Notes under the pieces: generated by a model | Seen by the model: the letters and a program-made list of their open reading frames with translations, nothing else | What the model was told of the DNA's origin: nothing | The model's database searches: none | Position numbers and translations under genes: made by a program | Assembly (NCBI GenBank): GCA_964602865.1 | Contig: CAZRSX010000004.1 | Coordinates: 20,388 to 84,387 of the forward strand | Source: an uncultured Candidatus Saccharibacteria bacterium | Lineage (GTDB): Bacteria; Patescibacteriota; Saccharimonadia; Saccharimonadales; JAGQNJ01 | DNA length: 64,000 nt | Reading direction: 5' to 3' | Shown here: one piece after another, positions 7,078 to 16,471 of the stretch | Layout: every line of letters begins with the position of its first letter | Position numbering within the stretch: position 1 is the first letter of the stretch

Positions 7078-9215
7078 AGTTTCTCCAGCGGCGCGATTGA
7101 TATGTCCAGATGCTTTGTGCCTTTGCCCTTGAAATAAATGGTCGCAACATCGCCGTTTAGCTCAAGCACCGTGCCAAGCCCAAAGAGTTGGTGTTTGACG
7201 CCGTCTCCTTCTTCGATATCGGGGACCACCCGAGGCTCACTCGACGCCGAAGCAAACGATGTCGGGGCAGAAAACGCCGACGCCAGTCTATCGCCCGCAA
7301 ATTCGTTCGACAATTTGCCATCAATTTCACTCAAGAAGCGGCTGGGCGGGTTGTGCTGCACACCACCATACAACAAACGAGCAGAGGCTGCGATGAGATA
7401 GAGCTCTTCTCGCGCGCGGGTCATGCCAACGTAGCAGAGACGTCGTTCCTCTTCCATTTCTTGCTGGTCATACAGCGCACGGGAGTGCGGGAAAATGGTT
7501 TCTTCCATACCGGCCATAAACACTACCGGAAACTCCAAACCCTTTGCGCCATGCAAGGTCATGAGGGTGACGGCATCGCCGTTAAAATCGGCACTGTCCA
7601 GATCACTGAGCAACGACACTTCTTCCAAAAAGCCGTCCAGCCCGACGTCTTGGTATTCTTGAGCCACGCTCAATAGCTCTTTGACGTTTTCTTTTCTGGA
7701 TTCACCCTGCACCGTGCCATCGTCAATGTATTGCAGGTAATCAATCCGTCTGATCAATGAGTCAATAATTCCCGAAACACTGGCGTCTTCGGCAACTTCT
7801 CGGGCGCTCACCAAAATGTCACTGAGTTCCAGTAGGCCGTTCTTGGCCTTGGCCGGCAGTGGACAGTCGTTGACACGAGCGATTGCTTCAGACAGTGTCA
7901 GCTGCTCGCTCGCCTGCCACGCATAGAAATGCTGCAATGATTTTGCACCGATACCACGAGTCGGCACATTCACAATCCGTTCAAAGCTTGCCAGGTCGTC
8001 AGGTTGATACATGAGTCGCACATAAGCCAGTACGTCTTTAATCTCTTTGCGGTCGTAAAAACGAACACCGCCGACAATGCGGTACGGCACGCCGTAATGT
8101 ACGAACACTTCTTCAATTGAGCGGCTTTGGGCGTTGGTGCGATAGAGCACAGCAAAGTCGCGAAAGGTGCGATACCCGCCGTCAACGGCGTTTTTGATGC
8201 GGCGGACAATGGCCTCGCCCTCAGCGCGCTCGTTACCAACTGCCAATACTTGAACCGGCGAGCCGCCTTCAGTATCGGTCCACAGTTTTTTATCCGAGCG
8301 CTGCTGGTTTTTGGTAATAATAGCGTGGGCGGCGTCCAGAATCGGCTTGGTGCTGCGGTAGTTACGCTCCAGTTTTATGGTGGTACAATTTGGATAATCC
8401 CGCTCAAAATTCAAAATGTTACGAAAATCTGCCCCGCGCCAACTATAGATTGATTGCCAGTCGTCGCCAACTACGGCAATGTTATTGTTGTCGTTGGTGA
8501 GCAGTTTGACCAGCTTGTACTGGGCCGCGTTGGTATCCTGATACTCGTCGATCATGATGTACCGAAACTGCTTGCGCCATTTGTCTCGGATCTCTTGGTT
8601 CGTGTCAAGCAGCCGAACTGTTTTGGCGATCAAGTCATCAAAGTCCAGCCCGCCGGCGTCCTTGAGTGCCCGTTCATACAACGGGTAGACTCGTGCCGCT
8701 TCGGACTGAGTCGGGCTGTTGGCAATGCTAGCGTAGGCATCGGGCGAGATGAGCTCGTTTTTAGCACTGCTGATGTAGTTTGCGATAGTTCGCGCTGGAT
8801 GAGTTTTTTCGTCAATCATCAACTCTTTACTAATCTTTTTCACGGTGTTGAGTCGATCTGATTCGTCAAAGATAACGAAGTTTTTCGGCACACCGACGAA
8901 CTCTCCGTCTTGCCGCAGTAAGCGGACACAAATACTGTGAAACGTACCCATGTACGGCATAAAGCTGCGGTTGTCAGCGTTTTCGCCCAGCAGCACTGCA
9001 ACGCGTTGGCGCATCTCTTTGGCTGCTTTATTGGTAAAAGTTACAGCCAGTATGTTATATGGCGAGGCCAAGTTATGAGCGATAAGATAGGCGATGCGAT
9101 GTGTGAGTGTTTTGGTCTTGCCGCTCCCTGCACCCGCCAGAATGAGCAATGGCCCGTCAGTCGTTTTGACTGCACGGGCTTGCTCATCATTCAATCCCTC
9201 AAGAAGTTCTTGCAC
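7074..9215 (-). CDS. pcrA: ATP-dependent DNA helicase PcrA/UvrD family
   Basis: 713 aa with AGAGSGKT, TFTNKAA, IMIDEYQDTN, SIYSWRGA, VLYRTN, TLHGAKGLEF, YVGMTRA. Confidence 0.9.
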   Translation of the reverse strand: MQELLEGLNDEQARAVKTTDGPLLILAGAGSGKTKTLTHRIAYLIAHNLASPYNILAVTFTNKAAKEMRQRVAVLLGENADNRSFMPYMGTFHSICVRLLRQDGEFVGVPKNFVIFDESDRLNTVKKISKELMIDEKTHPARTIANYISSAKNELISPDAYASIANSPTQSEAARVYPLYERALKDAGGLDFDDLIAKTVRLLDTNQEIRDKWRKQFRYIMIDEYQDTNAAQYKLVKLLTNDNNNIAVVGDDWQSIYSWRGADFRNILNFERDYPNCTTIKLERNYRSTKPILDAAHAIITKNQQRSDKKLWTDTEGGSPVQVLAVGNERAEGEAIVRRIKNAVDGGYRTFRDFAVLYRTNAQSRSIEEVFVHYGVPYRIVGGVRFYDRKEIKDVLAYVRLMYQPDDLASFERIVNVPTRGIGAKSLQHFYAWQASEQLTLSEAIARVNDCPLPAKAKNGLLELSDILVSAREVAEDASVSGIIDSLIRRIDYLQYIDDGTVQGESRKENVKELLSVAQEYQDVGLDGFLEEVSLLSDLDSADFNGDAVTLMTLHGAKGLEFPVVFMAGMEETIFPHSRALYDQQEMEEERRLCYVGMTRAREELYLIAASARLLYGGVQHNPPSRFLSEIDGKLSNEFAGDRLASAFSAPTSFASASSEPRVVPDIEEGDGVKHQLFGLGTVLELNGDVATIYFKGKGTKHLDISIAPLEKL

Positions 9216-9221
9216 CCGTCT

Positions 9222-9230
9222 ATTGTACCA
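9222..9230 (-). promoter_or_regulatory. Extended -10 box (TGGTACAAT) 6 nt upstream of the pcrA GTG start (leaderless geometry)
   Basis: Reverse strand: cTGGTACAATagacggGTGcaa. Confidence 0.4.
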
Positions 9231-9235
9231 GCTGT

Positions 9236-10057
9236 TTAGAGCATATCCGTGAGTGGATTGATGCCGAGGTCTATCAGTTCGACGTCGGCGGCAAAGTTAA
9301 GACCGACTGCAATAAGCAAGGCAAGTATTAGCAGGGTCAGGAACACGTTTTTGACACGCCGTTTTGCGACCTGGGTGGTTGGCACATAATAAGTCCGAGC
9401 AGCGACCAATTCATCGAGCTTTTCTCGCTCGGCTGCTGCTACCTTGTCTTCTTCTTGCTGTTGTTTCTTGGAAGCAGCCTGCTTGGCAAGTTCGTCAACT
9501 AAGCCGCCTTCTGGTGCGGCCGATTCGTCGGTCGAATCCTCTGCTGCTACTGCGTCGTCGTCTGACTCTTCTGATTCGTCCGGTTTTGTTTCGGCCTGCT
9601 CATCATCTGGACTTGTCGCTGCCTCTGCGTCGACCGCTGGTTTTTCGGACTCAGTATCACTACTATCGACAGTGTCTTCCCTGCTCGGTTCTACTATCTC
9701 TGGTGTTTTCTCCTCGGTCGCCGCTTCGACGGCAGCCTCGGCTTCCTGGACGGTTTCATCCTCGGTGTTGCTGACGTCTTTGGCTTGTACGACATCCTTT
9801 TTCTCATTCGCCTCGTCAAGCGGCGCGATGTTCAGACTCTTGCGGAGAGATTTTGGCGGCTCTTTCTTTGGCTCGGTTCCGGCTGGTACTTCTTTGTTGA
9901 GCATCGGGTCCTCAACCATGGGTTTGTGCGTCACTATAATAGGTCGCACGCCGGTGTTTGGCCTCTTGCTGGCTGCCGTTACGTCAAGTGCGCCGTCATT
10001 CGATGGCTTTTTTGTCGTTTTATTCGTCTTTTTTGGCATCTGGTTCCTCTGGTTCAC
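9236..10057 (-). CDS. Hypothetical acidic low-complexity protein with C-terminal TM anchor
   Basis: 273 aa, Glu/Asp/Ala/Thr-rich, with C-terminal VFLTLLILALLIAVGL. Overlaps the tpiA 3' end by 38 nt. Confidence 0.45.
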   Translation of the reverse strand: MNQRNQMPKKTNKTTKKPSNDGALDVTAASKRPNTGVRPIIVTHKPMVEDPMLNKEVPAGTEPKKEPPKSLRKSLNIAPLDEANEKKDVVQAKDVSNTEDETVQEAEAAVEAATEEKTPEIVEPSREDTVDSSDTESEKPAVDAEAATSPDDEQAETKPDESEESDDDAVAAEDSTDESAAPEGGLVDELAKQAASKKQQQEEDKVAAAEREKLDELVAARTYYVPTTQVAKRRVKNVFLTLLILALLIAVGLNFAADVELIDLGINPLTDML

Positions 10058-10826
10058 TTTGTAAGCTATGCGCTACTGCGGCAATGCTCGAAAACTTATG
10101 GTAGTTAATGCTTGCACCGCCCACCAGGACGCCATCGCAGTCAGGTAGCTCAAGATAGCCTCGTGCTATATGCTCGTCAACGCTGCCGCCGTACAATACC
10201 CGCACGGCTTCGGCCGTTTTCTTGCCGTATAAACCAGCAACTTGCTTGCGAATGAAACGAAAAGCCCGTTCGACTTCGTCTGGCTTGGCCAGGTCGCCCT
10301 CAAACGTGCTAATGGCCCAGATTGGCTCATAGGCAATGGCCATAGCGGCAACTTCTTTGGCAGTCAGGCCGTGCAGAGCGGTCGTAATCTGATCATGCAA
10401 AACTTGATTGGTTTCGCCCTGGCGGCGCTCAGTCTTTGTTTCGCCAACACAGAGAATCGGCGTAATGTCATTGCGCACCGCGGCCGTAACCTTGTCGCGA
10501 ATCAAATCAAGCGATTCGTGGAAGTAAATGCGTCGTTCCGAGTGCCCGATAATTGCATAGTGAACTAGGTCGCGGAGCATGGTAAACGACACCTCGCCAG
10601 TAAAAGCACCTTCGTCCTTTGGATGAGCATTTTGGGCAGCGAGACGAAACTTACGCCGGTCTATCTGTACACTCAGCGGCTGGAGCACCAGCATGCTTGG
10701 TGCCAACACGACTTCAATAGAACGGTAGATCTTGATGCGCTCATGCAGACGGTGCAATAGCAGGCTTGCCTGACTGGCGTTCAGGTGCATTTTCCAATTC
10801 CCGACAACGAGTGTGCGCTTATCCAT
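10020..10826 (-). CDS. tpiA: Triose-phosphate isomerase
   Basis: VVGNWKMH, IIGHSERR, IAYEPIWAI, YGGSV. Confidence 0.9.
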   Translation of the reverse strand: MDKRTLVVGNWKMHLNASQASLLLHRLHERIKIYRSIEVVLAPSMLVLQPLSVQIDRRKFRLAAQNAHPKDEGAFTGEVSFTMLRDLVHYAIIGHSERRIYFHESLDLIRDKVTAAVRNDITPILCVGETKTERRQGETNQVLHDQITTALHGLTAKEVAAMAIAYEPIWAISTFEGDLAKPDEVERAFRFIRKQVAGLYGKKTAEAVRVLYGGSVDEHIARGYLELPDCDGVLVGGASINYHKFSSIAAVAHSLQSEPEEPDAKKDE

Positions 10827-11021
10827 AATAGTTATGCTTATTGTACCACGGCTTTCGCACTTGAGTGCTCAGTGCATTTTCTCAGTGAGGAACGGACCGA
10901 GCCGTACATATGGGTACAGTGAAGAGAGTACCGCAGCTGAAAAATGTGCTGAGCGCCAAGAAGACAGCAGCGTCTCTGGCTGCGCCAGAGAGCAGGCTGG
11001 CTGGTGCGGAGGGTGTGTACC

Positions 11022-12311
11022 TCATTTATTTGCTAAAGCCTCCACGCCGGGTAATTTTTTACCGGCGATTAAATCCAAACTCGCACCGCCGCCAGTTGAT
11101 ACGTGGTTAAAAAACTTCACCAGCCCACGCTGCTCAACATACGCAGCGGTATCGCCGCCGCCAATCAAGGTATAGGGCCGATGGCCAAACTCGCCAAGCA
11201 TGCCCTCAATGATGAGTTCTGTCCCGTGCGCAAACGGGCCAACCGGTCCTTGCACGCCCGGTACCTCAGCCACGCCCATGGTGCCATTCCACACAACCGT
11301 GTTGGCAGTTTGCATCGCACCAGCGATGAACGCGCCAGAAAACGGGCCGATATCTAGTATCTTCTCATCGGCTTTCACAAGATCGCTGTCGTGCGGCGGT
11401 TTTTTAGGATAATTTTCGATGCTCGCAATCACATGCGCGTCCCAGTCAACGATGCGCGTCTTGGCAGTTTTGCTGATTTCATCAGCCACCACTGCATCTT
11501 GCGGCATATAAAACACAAAATGGCGCTTAGCGGCTTCGGTTTTGGCTTTTTTGATAAGTTCTCGTGCTTCGTCAATGTCGCCTTTTTCGGCCATGCTTTC
11601 ACCGATACGAATGCCGCGGGCCAGCAGAAACGTGTTTGCCATCGCCCCGCCAACCACCAAGATATCGGCTGTTTTGATAAACGTCTCGATGACTTCTATT
11701 TTGTCCGATATCTTTGCGCCGCCAACGATGGCCATCAGCGGACGCTTGGGATTCTGCATGGCGTCTTGGATGGTTGTGACTTCTTTTTCGAGCAGTAGTC
11801 CGGCAACGCTCGGCAAAAACTTGGTGATTGCATCCATGGACGCATGCTTGCGGTGTGCATTGCCGAAGGCGTCTTGCACAAAATAGTCCACCTGCTCCGC
11901 AAGCGCTTTGGCAAAGTCTTTGTCATTGGCATCTTCGCCAGCATGAAAGCGTGTGTTTTCGAGCAACAATATGTCTCTTTTTTTAAGATTCTTTTTTGTG
12001 GTGCGGGCTTCTTCGCCAATGCAATCTGAGGCAAATAGTACTGTTCGTTTGAGTAACGTTTCCAGCTCCTTGGCAACAGGCTGCAGGCTATCTTTTTTGA
12101 CAAACGTACCGCCAGGCCGGTTTCGATGACTCATGAGTATAATTTTGCAGTCTTTCTTTAGCAGATATTTGATGGTGGGTAACGCCGAGTGCATACGGTA
12201 GTTATTGGTAACGTTTCCGTCCTCATCACCCGGTACATTAAAATCAACGCTCACCAGCACCCGCTTGCCGTCAAGCTTGACGTCGCGAACAGTCTTTTTG
12301 CCAAAACTCAT
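11022..12311 (-). CDS. pgk: Phosphoglycerate kinase
   Basis: RVDFNVP-type start (LVSVDFNVP), ENTRFH, GGAKISDKI, GGGDTAAY, STGGGASLD. Confidence 0.95.
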   Translation of the reverse strand: MSFGKKTVRDVKLDGKRVLVSVDFNVPGDEDGNVTNNYRMHSALPTIKYLLKKDCKIILMSHRNRPGGTFVKKDSLQPVAKELETLLKRTVLFASDCIGEEARTTKKNLKKRDILLLENTRFHAGEDANDKDFAKALAEQVDYFVQDAFGNAHRKHASMDAITKFLPSVAGLLLEKEVTTIQDAMQNPKRPLMAIVGGAKISDKIEVIETFIKTADILVVGGAMANTFLLARGIRIGESMAEKGDIDEARELIKKAKTEAAKRHFVFYMPQDAVVADEISKTAKTRIVDWDAHVIASIENYPKKPPHDSDLVKADEKILDIGPFSGAFIAGAMQTANTVVWNGTMGVAEVPGVQGPVGPFAHGTELIIEGMLGEFGHRPYTLIGGGDTAAYVEQRGLVKFFNHVSTGGGASLDLIAGKKLPGVEALANK

Positions 12312-13738
12312 AGCACCCGCACCTTTATGGTATCGGTCGAGCCGACGACTCCAGGATACTGCCCGGAAACCGTCACCACCACGTCGCCTTTATGCAATGC
12401 TTTTGCGTCGCTGAGCCAGTTGGTCAGTTTGGTCGCCGCGTATTTATCCACCGGCCGGGTATAGCTTTTGGTGCCGTAGACGATGGCCAGCTGGTGCGAG
12501 ACACGGTCGTCAGACGTCACCGCAATAATCGGGATTTTTGAGCGATGCGCGGCAATCTCAAGCACGGTTGCACCGGATTTGGTCTCAGCAACGATGGCAC
12601 GTGCATTGATGGTGTTGGCCAGATTGATGATTGCGTTTGAGATAGCGTTTTGATGGGTATGCTCTTTTGTTTCGGCAAATTGCGCTTTGACGGTTGAGTT
12701 TTCCTGTGTGTACTTGATAACTCGTTTCATGACGCGCACTGCCTCTATGGGATACTGGCCGTTGGCAGTTTCATCGCTCAACATCACCGCGTCGGCGCCG
12801 ACAATCACTGCCGTGGCGACGTCAGAAACTTCGGCCCTGGTTGGTTCTGGGTCTTCGGTCATGCTGGCCAGCATCTGGGTGGCGACAATGGTCGGCTTTT
12901 TGTAGCGCAGCCCCAAGCCGATGATGTGGCGCTGCATGACTGGCACTGATTCGGGCATTGTTTCAACTGCCAGGTCACCGCGGGCAATCATGACCGCGTC
13001 CGCTTCCAGCATGATAGCTTCGATGTTTTCTGTGGCAGCACGGGTTTCAATCTTGGCGATTATCTTGGACGCGCTACCGAGATTTTTGAGCTGGCGCCGC
13101 AACCGTTCGATATCTTTTGCGCTCTGCACAAAACTCAGCGCCACATAGTCGATATCTTGAGTCGAGCCAAAGACAATATCGGTTTTGTCCTTTTCCGTAA
13201 TGATATCGCCTGCGAAATCAGTATCAGGCAGATTCATGCCTTTGCGCTCAATCAATATGCCGTCATTTTCAGCCCGCGCATGGACCACGCCGTCGGCTAC
13301 GCTCGTGACAATGGTGCGGATCTTGCCATCATAGATGTATATCCGCTCGCCGCGCTTTACTTTTTTGCTCAGGTCATACTGGGTAGGGATAATGCCGGAG
13401 CGTTTGTAGTCTGCCTTGTACTTGAATTGCAGCGGCTGGCCGCGGCGCACGTTGACAATGCCGTCGAAATCGCCTAAGCGAATTTTTGGCCCTTGTAAGT
13501 CCTGAATGATGGCAACCGGCTTGCCATACGCGGCAGAGGCTTTGCGAATCCATTTGATTTGCTGCACTCTTTCGTCTTGCGTGCCGTGGCTAAAATTGAG
13601 CCGAAAACCGTTGGCACCAGCAGATAACATCTCTTCGATGGCTGCATATGAGTTTGTTGCTGGCCCCACCGTTGCGATGATTTTCGTGCGCTTAAATTGA
13701 TCAACTGGCACATTTGGTGCCCTGTGCGTCACTTCCAT
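12308..13738 (-). CDS. pyk: Pyruvate kinase
   Basis: RTKIIATVGP, FRLNFSHG, KIETRAA, MIARGDL, TQMLASM. Confidence 0.95.
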   Translation of the reverse strand: MEVTHRAPNVPVDQFKRTKIIATVGPATNSYAAIEEMLSAGANGFRLNFSHGTQDERVQQIKWIRKASAAYGKPVAIIQDLQGPKIRLGDFDGIVNVRRGQPLQFKYKADYKRSGIIPTQYDLSKKVKRGERIYIYDGKIRTIVTSVADGVVHARAENDGILIERKGMNLPDTDFAGDIITEKDKTDIVFGSTQDIDYVALSFVQSAKDIERLRRQLKNLGSASKIIAKIETRAATENIEAIMLEADAVMIARGDLAVETMPESVPVMQRHIIGLGLRYKKPTIVATQMLASMTEDPEPTRAEVSDVATAVIVGADAVMLSDETANGQYPIEAVRVMKRVIKYTQENSTVKAQFAETKEHTHQNAISNAIINLANTINARAIVAETKSGATVLEIAAHRSKIPIIAVTSDDRVSHQLAIVYGTKSYTRPVDKYAATKLTNWLSDAKALHKGDVVVTVSGQYPGVVGSTDTIKVRVL

Positions 13739-13786
13739 AATACCCTTCTAGTTTACTTGCTTATGGTTACTTCGCACAAGAGGTAA

Positions 13787-13816
13787 ACAAAAAACCCTCT
13801 TCTGGGAGAGGGTTTT
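13787..13816. terminator. Bidirectional intrinsic terminator
   Basis: aaaaCCCTCTtctgggAGAGGGtttt between the surface-protein gene and pyk. Confidence 0.6.
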
Positions 13817-13827
13817 GTCGTATACAG

Positions 13828-13846
13828 TGGTGGCCTCAAGGGGAAT
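13828..13846 (-). repeat. Copy A of the tRNA-Glu 3' end (att-like repeat)
   Basis: tggtggcctcaaggggaat versus the tRNA 3' end tggtgacctcaaggggaat (18/19). Confidence 0.6.
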
Positions 13847-13898
13847 TAAGCCACCTTCAACGAACTCATCGCTCCCGCCCAGTCTGTCACGCAGTGTA

Positions 13899-14951
13899 TT
13901 AACGCCATCTTTTGGCTACTAGGAATCTGTTTCGGAGTGCCCGTGCCAGTATGAGCACGGCGCCGAGGAAGCTGGCCGCTACCGACTTGAGTGCGAGTGT
14001 CTGGTTGTCACCCGTGCTGGCCAGACCCTCTGATGTAAGCTGCACGGTAGCATTGTCGCTCGTAACATTGGCTGCGGCCATCATGATGGCCGGGTCAACG
14101 TACGCGGCGCCGGCACATTCAGCGGGAACAGCTGAGCCGTCATCTGCGGCAACGACCCGCCAGGTATAGCTGCCTTCTGTAAGATTGGTAAAGGTGTGGG
14201 CGGCGGTTGAGCCCGAAGCAACGCCGGGGACTGTGGCGCTCTGTGCTATAGTGGCAAAGTTGTCTTTGGAAAGCTGGAACTCCAGCGTACCGCTACTGCC
14301 GGTGCTGCTGGCAAAATGAACACTGGCTGGCAATGAGGTCTGACCCCCAGTCGGTACGGTGACCGAGTGATTAGCTGGCTGGAGGTTGGTGAGCGTCAGG
14401 GTCGGGGCATGGAAGATAATGAGATTGGTGATGGCTGTCGTTGTATAGTAGGGCCAACTGCTCGGAGGAGCTGGCGGCAAAACGCCATCTGCATAAGAGG
14501 TAAGCTCTATGTTGATCGGTATAAGGAGCGACGAGAGCCCGGGGTCAAAAGCCGGCGCGGTCAGGGTGAAGGGCTGCATAAATGGTGTGGGGGCAAGCAC
14601 GGTAGTAGCTATGTCTGGGTTGGTCGGCGATATAGATACCAGTGGTGAGGGAACAGCAATGGTATCTTGCGTAATGGTTAACTCAGCGGGGTAATTATCA
14701 GAATAATAGCTAACGTTATCACTTGTATATGCCGAGTTATAAACATATGCGGCAAGCTCTACCGAACTGCCTGCGGCCAGACACACGGTTTGCTCGTATA
14801 TGACATAATCTGGATCCTGGGCTTGCTCCGGCGTGAAGCCGATGTTCATGACAAGACCGTACTCATCAGTCTCAGCAAACGCCGTGGACTGCATACTTTG
14901 CTTGACCAATTGCTTGAAATCACCCCGCGGCAAAAAGTCTTGCAGCGGCAT
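13899..14951 (-). CDS. Surface protein with LAxTG-type sortase sorting signal
   Basis: The C-terminus has LASTGDN, then hydrophobic AASFLGAVLILA, then a basic tail RALRNRFLVAKRWR. No homology call is possible by eye. Confidence 0.55.
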   Translation of the reverse strand: MPLQDFLPRGDFKQLVKQSMQSTAFAETDEYGLVMNIGFTPEQAQDPDYVIYEQTVCLAAGSSVELAAYVYNSAYTSDNVSYYSDNYPAELTITQDTIAVPSPLVSISPTNPDIATTVLAPTPFMQPFTLTAPAFDPGLSSLLIPINIELTSYADGVLPPAPPSSWPYYTTTAITNLIIFHAPTLTLTNLQPANHSVTVPTGGQTSLPASVHFASSTGSSGTLEFQLSKDNFATIAQSATVPGVASGSTAAHTFTNLTEGSYTWRVVAADDGSAVPAECAGAAYVDPAIMMAAANVTSDNATVQLTSEGLASTGDNQTLALKSVAASFLGAVLILARALRNRFLVAKRWR

Positions 14952-14953
14952 GG

Positions 14954-15874
14954 TTATATAAACGACATGACGGCGTCGCTTTGGTAAGACCTCTCCAGAA
15001 AGGCTTCGTAGGCTTCTACGGCCTCTGCCCCAGAGAGCATGAGCGTGACATCCGCCTTGCAGAGCTGCAGCCGCGCAAACCGCTTCACCAGCGCGGTGTT
15101 ACTGTTTAGAAGCTGCTCGGCCTCGGTGTATTGGTCACGCGCAATGAGAGCGTGCACCATTTTTTCTATGACCAATACTCTCTGTTCATCACTCAGCGCA
15201 AGACCAAGGAGACTCTTGGCTGTCTTCCCGGCTACCTGATAGTCATGCGCAAAGAGTTCGCCTTCAAGTTTGGCGAACAGCAGGCTCGGCTCTTTGGGGT
15301 ACTGCTTGATAGCTTTTTTCAGCATTTGAGCGGTTTGCGTATAGCGGTACTGTTTGTCATCTGATTTACTAGCATGGTTGATATAAATGTCGGGGTAGGC
15401 CGCACGTTTTACAACGACGCTTCTTGTACGCGGGACGATTTTGTCGTGTATCGGAAATATGTAGTGAAACTCGGAGCGTTTAAAAATCAGGTCTCTCATG
15501 ATTGTCGTGCGGCTGGCGCCATTGGTTTCCGGTATCCAGTGCAAGGCTATGAGATTTGCATCCGTAAAGTTGTTCTTTTTGGCGCGCCCTAAGTTGGCAA
15601 GGCTGTCGGCATCAATAGAAAAATCGGCATCCCACTTTAAGCAATACTGCTGCGTAGCCTGCTGGGCACAAAAATTATAGGCTGCCGAGAAATCGTCAAT
15701 CCACTGAAAATCAAAAAAGTTTGTGGTGTACTTTTTGGCTATTTGTTTTGTTTTGTCGGTAGACCCAGTGTCCACGATGACCAACTCATCTGCCACCGGA
15801 AGGATCGAGGTGATAGCGTGCTCAAGACAAACCTCCTCGTTTTTAACAATCATACAAACTGATAATGTGGCCAT
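14954..15874 (-). CDS. Glycosyltransferase family 2 with C-terminal helical (TPR-like) region
   Basis: LSVCMIVKNEE...VIVDTGSTDKT...DADF signature. Start placed at the ATG 6 nt after TATACT (track ORF extends to 15907). Confidence 0.75.
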   Translation of the reverse strand: MATLSVCMIVKNEEVCLEHAITSILPVADELVIVDTGSTDKTKQIAKKYTTNFFDFQWIDDFSAAYNFCAQQATQQYCLKWDADFSIDADSLANLGRAKKNNFTDANLIALHWIPETNGASRTTIMRDLIFKRSEFHYIFPIHDKIVPRTRSVVVKRAAYPDIYINHASKSDDKQYRYTQTAQMLKKAIKQYPKEPSLLFAKLEGELFAHDYQVAGKTAKSLLGLALSDEQRVLVIEKMVHALIARDQYTEAEQLLNSNTALVKRFARLQLCKADVTLMLSGAEAVEAYEAFLERSYQSDAVMSFI

Positions 15875-15953
15875 ACGAGTAGTATAGCAATAGGGATTTG
15901 ATGCCACGATGAAATCAATCTAAAAAGCCCAGCGCACGGTGAGCGTTTTAGAT

Positions 15954-15972
15954 TGGTGACCTCATGGGGAAT
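15954..15972 (-). repeat. Copy B of the tRNA-Glu 3' end (att-like repeat)
   Basis: tggtgacctcatggggaat (18/19 to the tRNA 3' end), 125 nt from the gene. Confidence 0.6.
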
Positions 15973-16057
15973 ATGGTATATAATCCGCCCGTTTGTCGCT
16001 TCGCTCCGGGGGATTATCGAACCGCCTGACGGGGTTCGATTGTTTCACGCATGAAAC

Positions 16058-16102
16058 CACCAGTGAAAATACCCGACACAGAGTCGGGCACTTTCACTGG
16101 TG
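16058..16102 (-). terminator. Long hairpin downstream of and overlapping the tRNA-Glu CCA end
   Basis: CACCAGTGAAA..CCGAC acaga GTCGG..TTTCACTGGTG. Confidence 0.45.
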
Positions 16103-16172
16103 ACCTCAAGGGGAATCGAACCCCTATTGCCAGGATGAAAACCTGGTGTCCTAACCGTTAGACGATGAGGCC
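16098..16172 (-). tRNA. tRNA-Glu (anticodon UUC), CCA encoded
   Basis: GGCCTCATCGTCTAACGGTTAGGACACCAGGTTTTCATCCTGGCAATAGGGGTTCGATTCCCCTTGAGGTCACCA. Manual cloverleaf; anticodon loop TTTTCAT. Confidence 0.9.
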
Positions 16173-16233
16173 ATAATGGTAATTTATTATAGCGTAATTG
16201 TTGATGTACACTCTATTGAGGCCCTTAGGACAG

Positions 16234-16365
16234 CCTGGTGTCCTAGTCACCCGTCAATTTCCCTGAAATTGCGGTCGACCCCTCCCCTAGCTCGGTTGCA
16301 TTCGCAATCCGGGTTTCCGGCCTTGCGTACTGCCACTGGCAGTCCTCACATTAGACGATGAGGCC
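16234..16365 (-). other. Partial tRNA-Glu copy (positions about 1-31) interrupted by an approximately 97-nt GC-rich hairpin-rich insert
   Basis: ttagacgatgaggcc (16351-16365) and cctggtgtccta (16234-16245) are identical to the tRNA gene. They are separated by an insert with stems ACTGCC/GGCAGT, CCGG/CCGG and CAATTT/AAATTG. Confidence 0.4.
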
Positions 16366-16471
16366 TTGTTATCTGTTATAACCGCAGAATTGTATCATAA
16401 ATTACCCCATGAGAAAACCCCTGCTAACAGGGGTCTTCTTCATAGTGAGCGGTCAGTCTCTGTTTTGTTAC

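Noticed and set aside
15990-16057. Possible additional tRNA between repeat copy B and tRNA-Glu (ggattatcgaacc, ggggttcgatt)
   Set aside because: No cloverleaf can be drawn. The T-arm-like pieces lack complementary stems, so the region is interpreted as decayed fragments.
16151-16165. Similarity between the cassette inverted repeat TCTAACGGG and the tRNA-Glu D-loop TCTAACGGT
   Set aside because: It is only an 8-nt match inside a highly conserved tRNA segment and is most likely coincidental.
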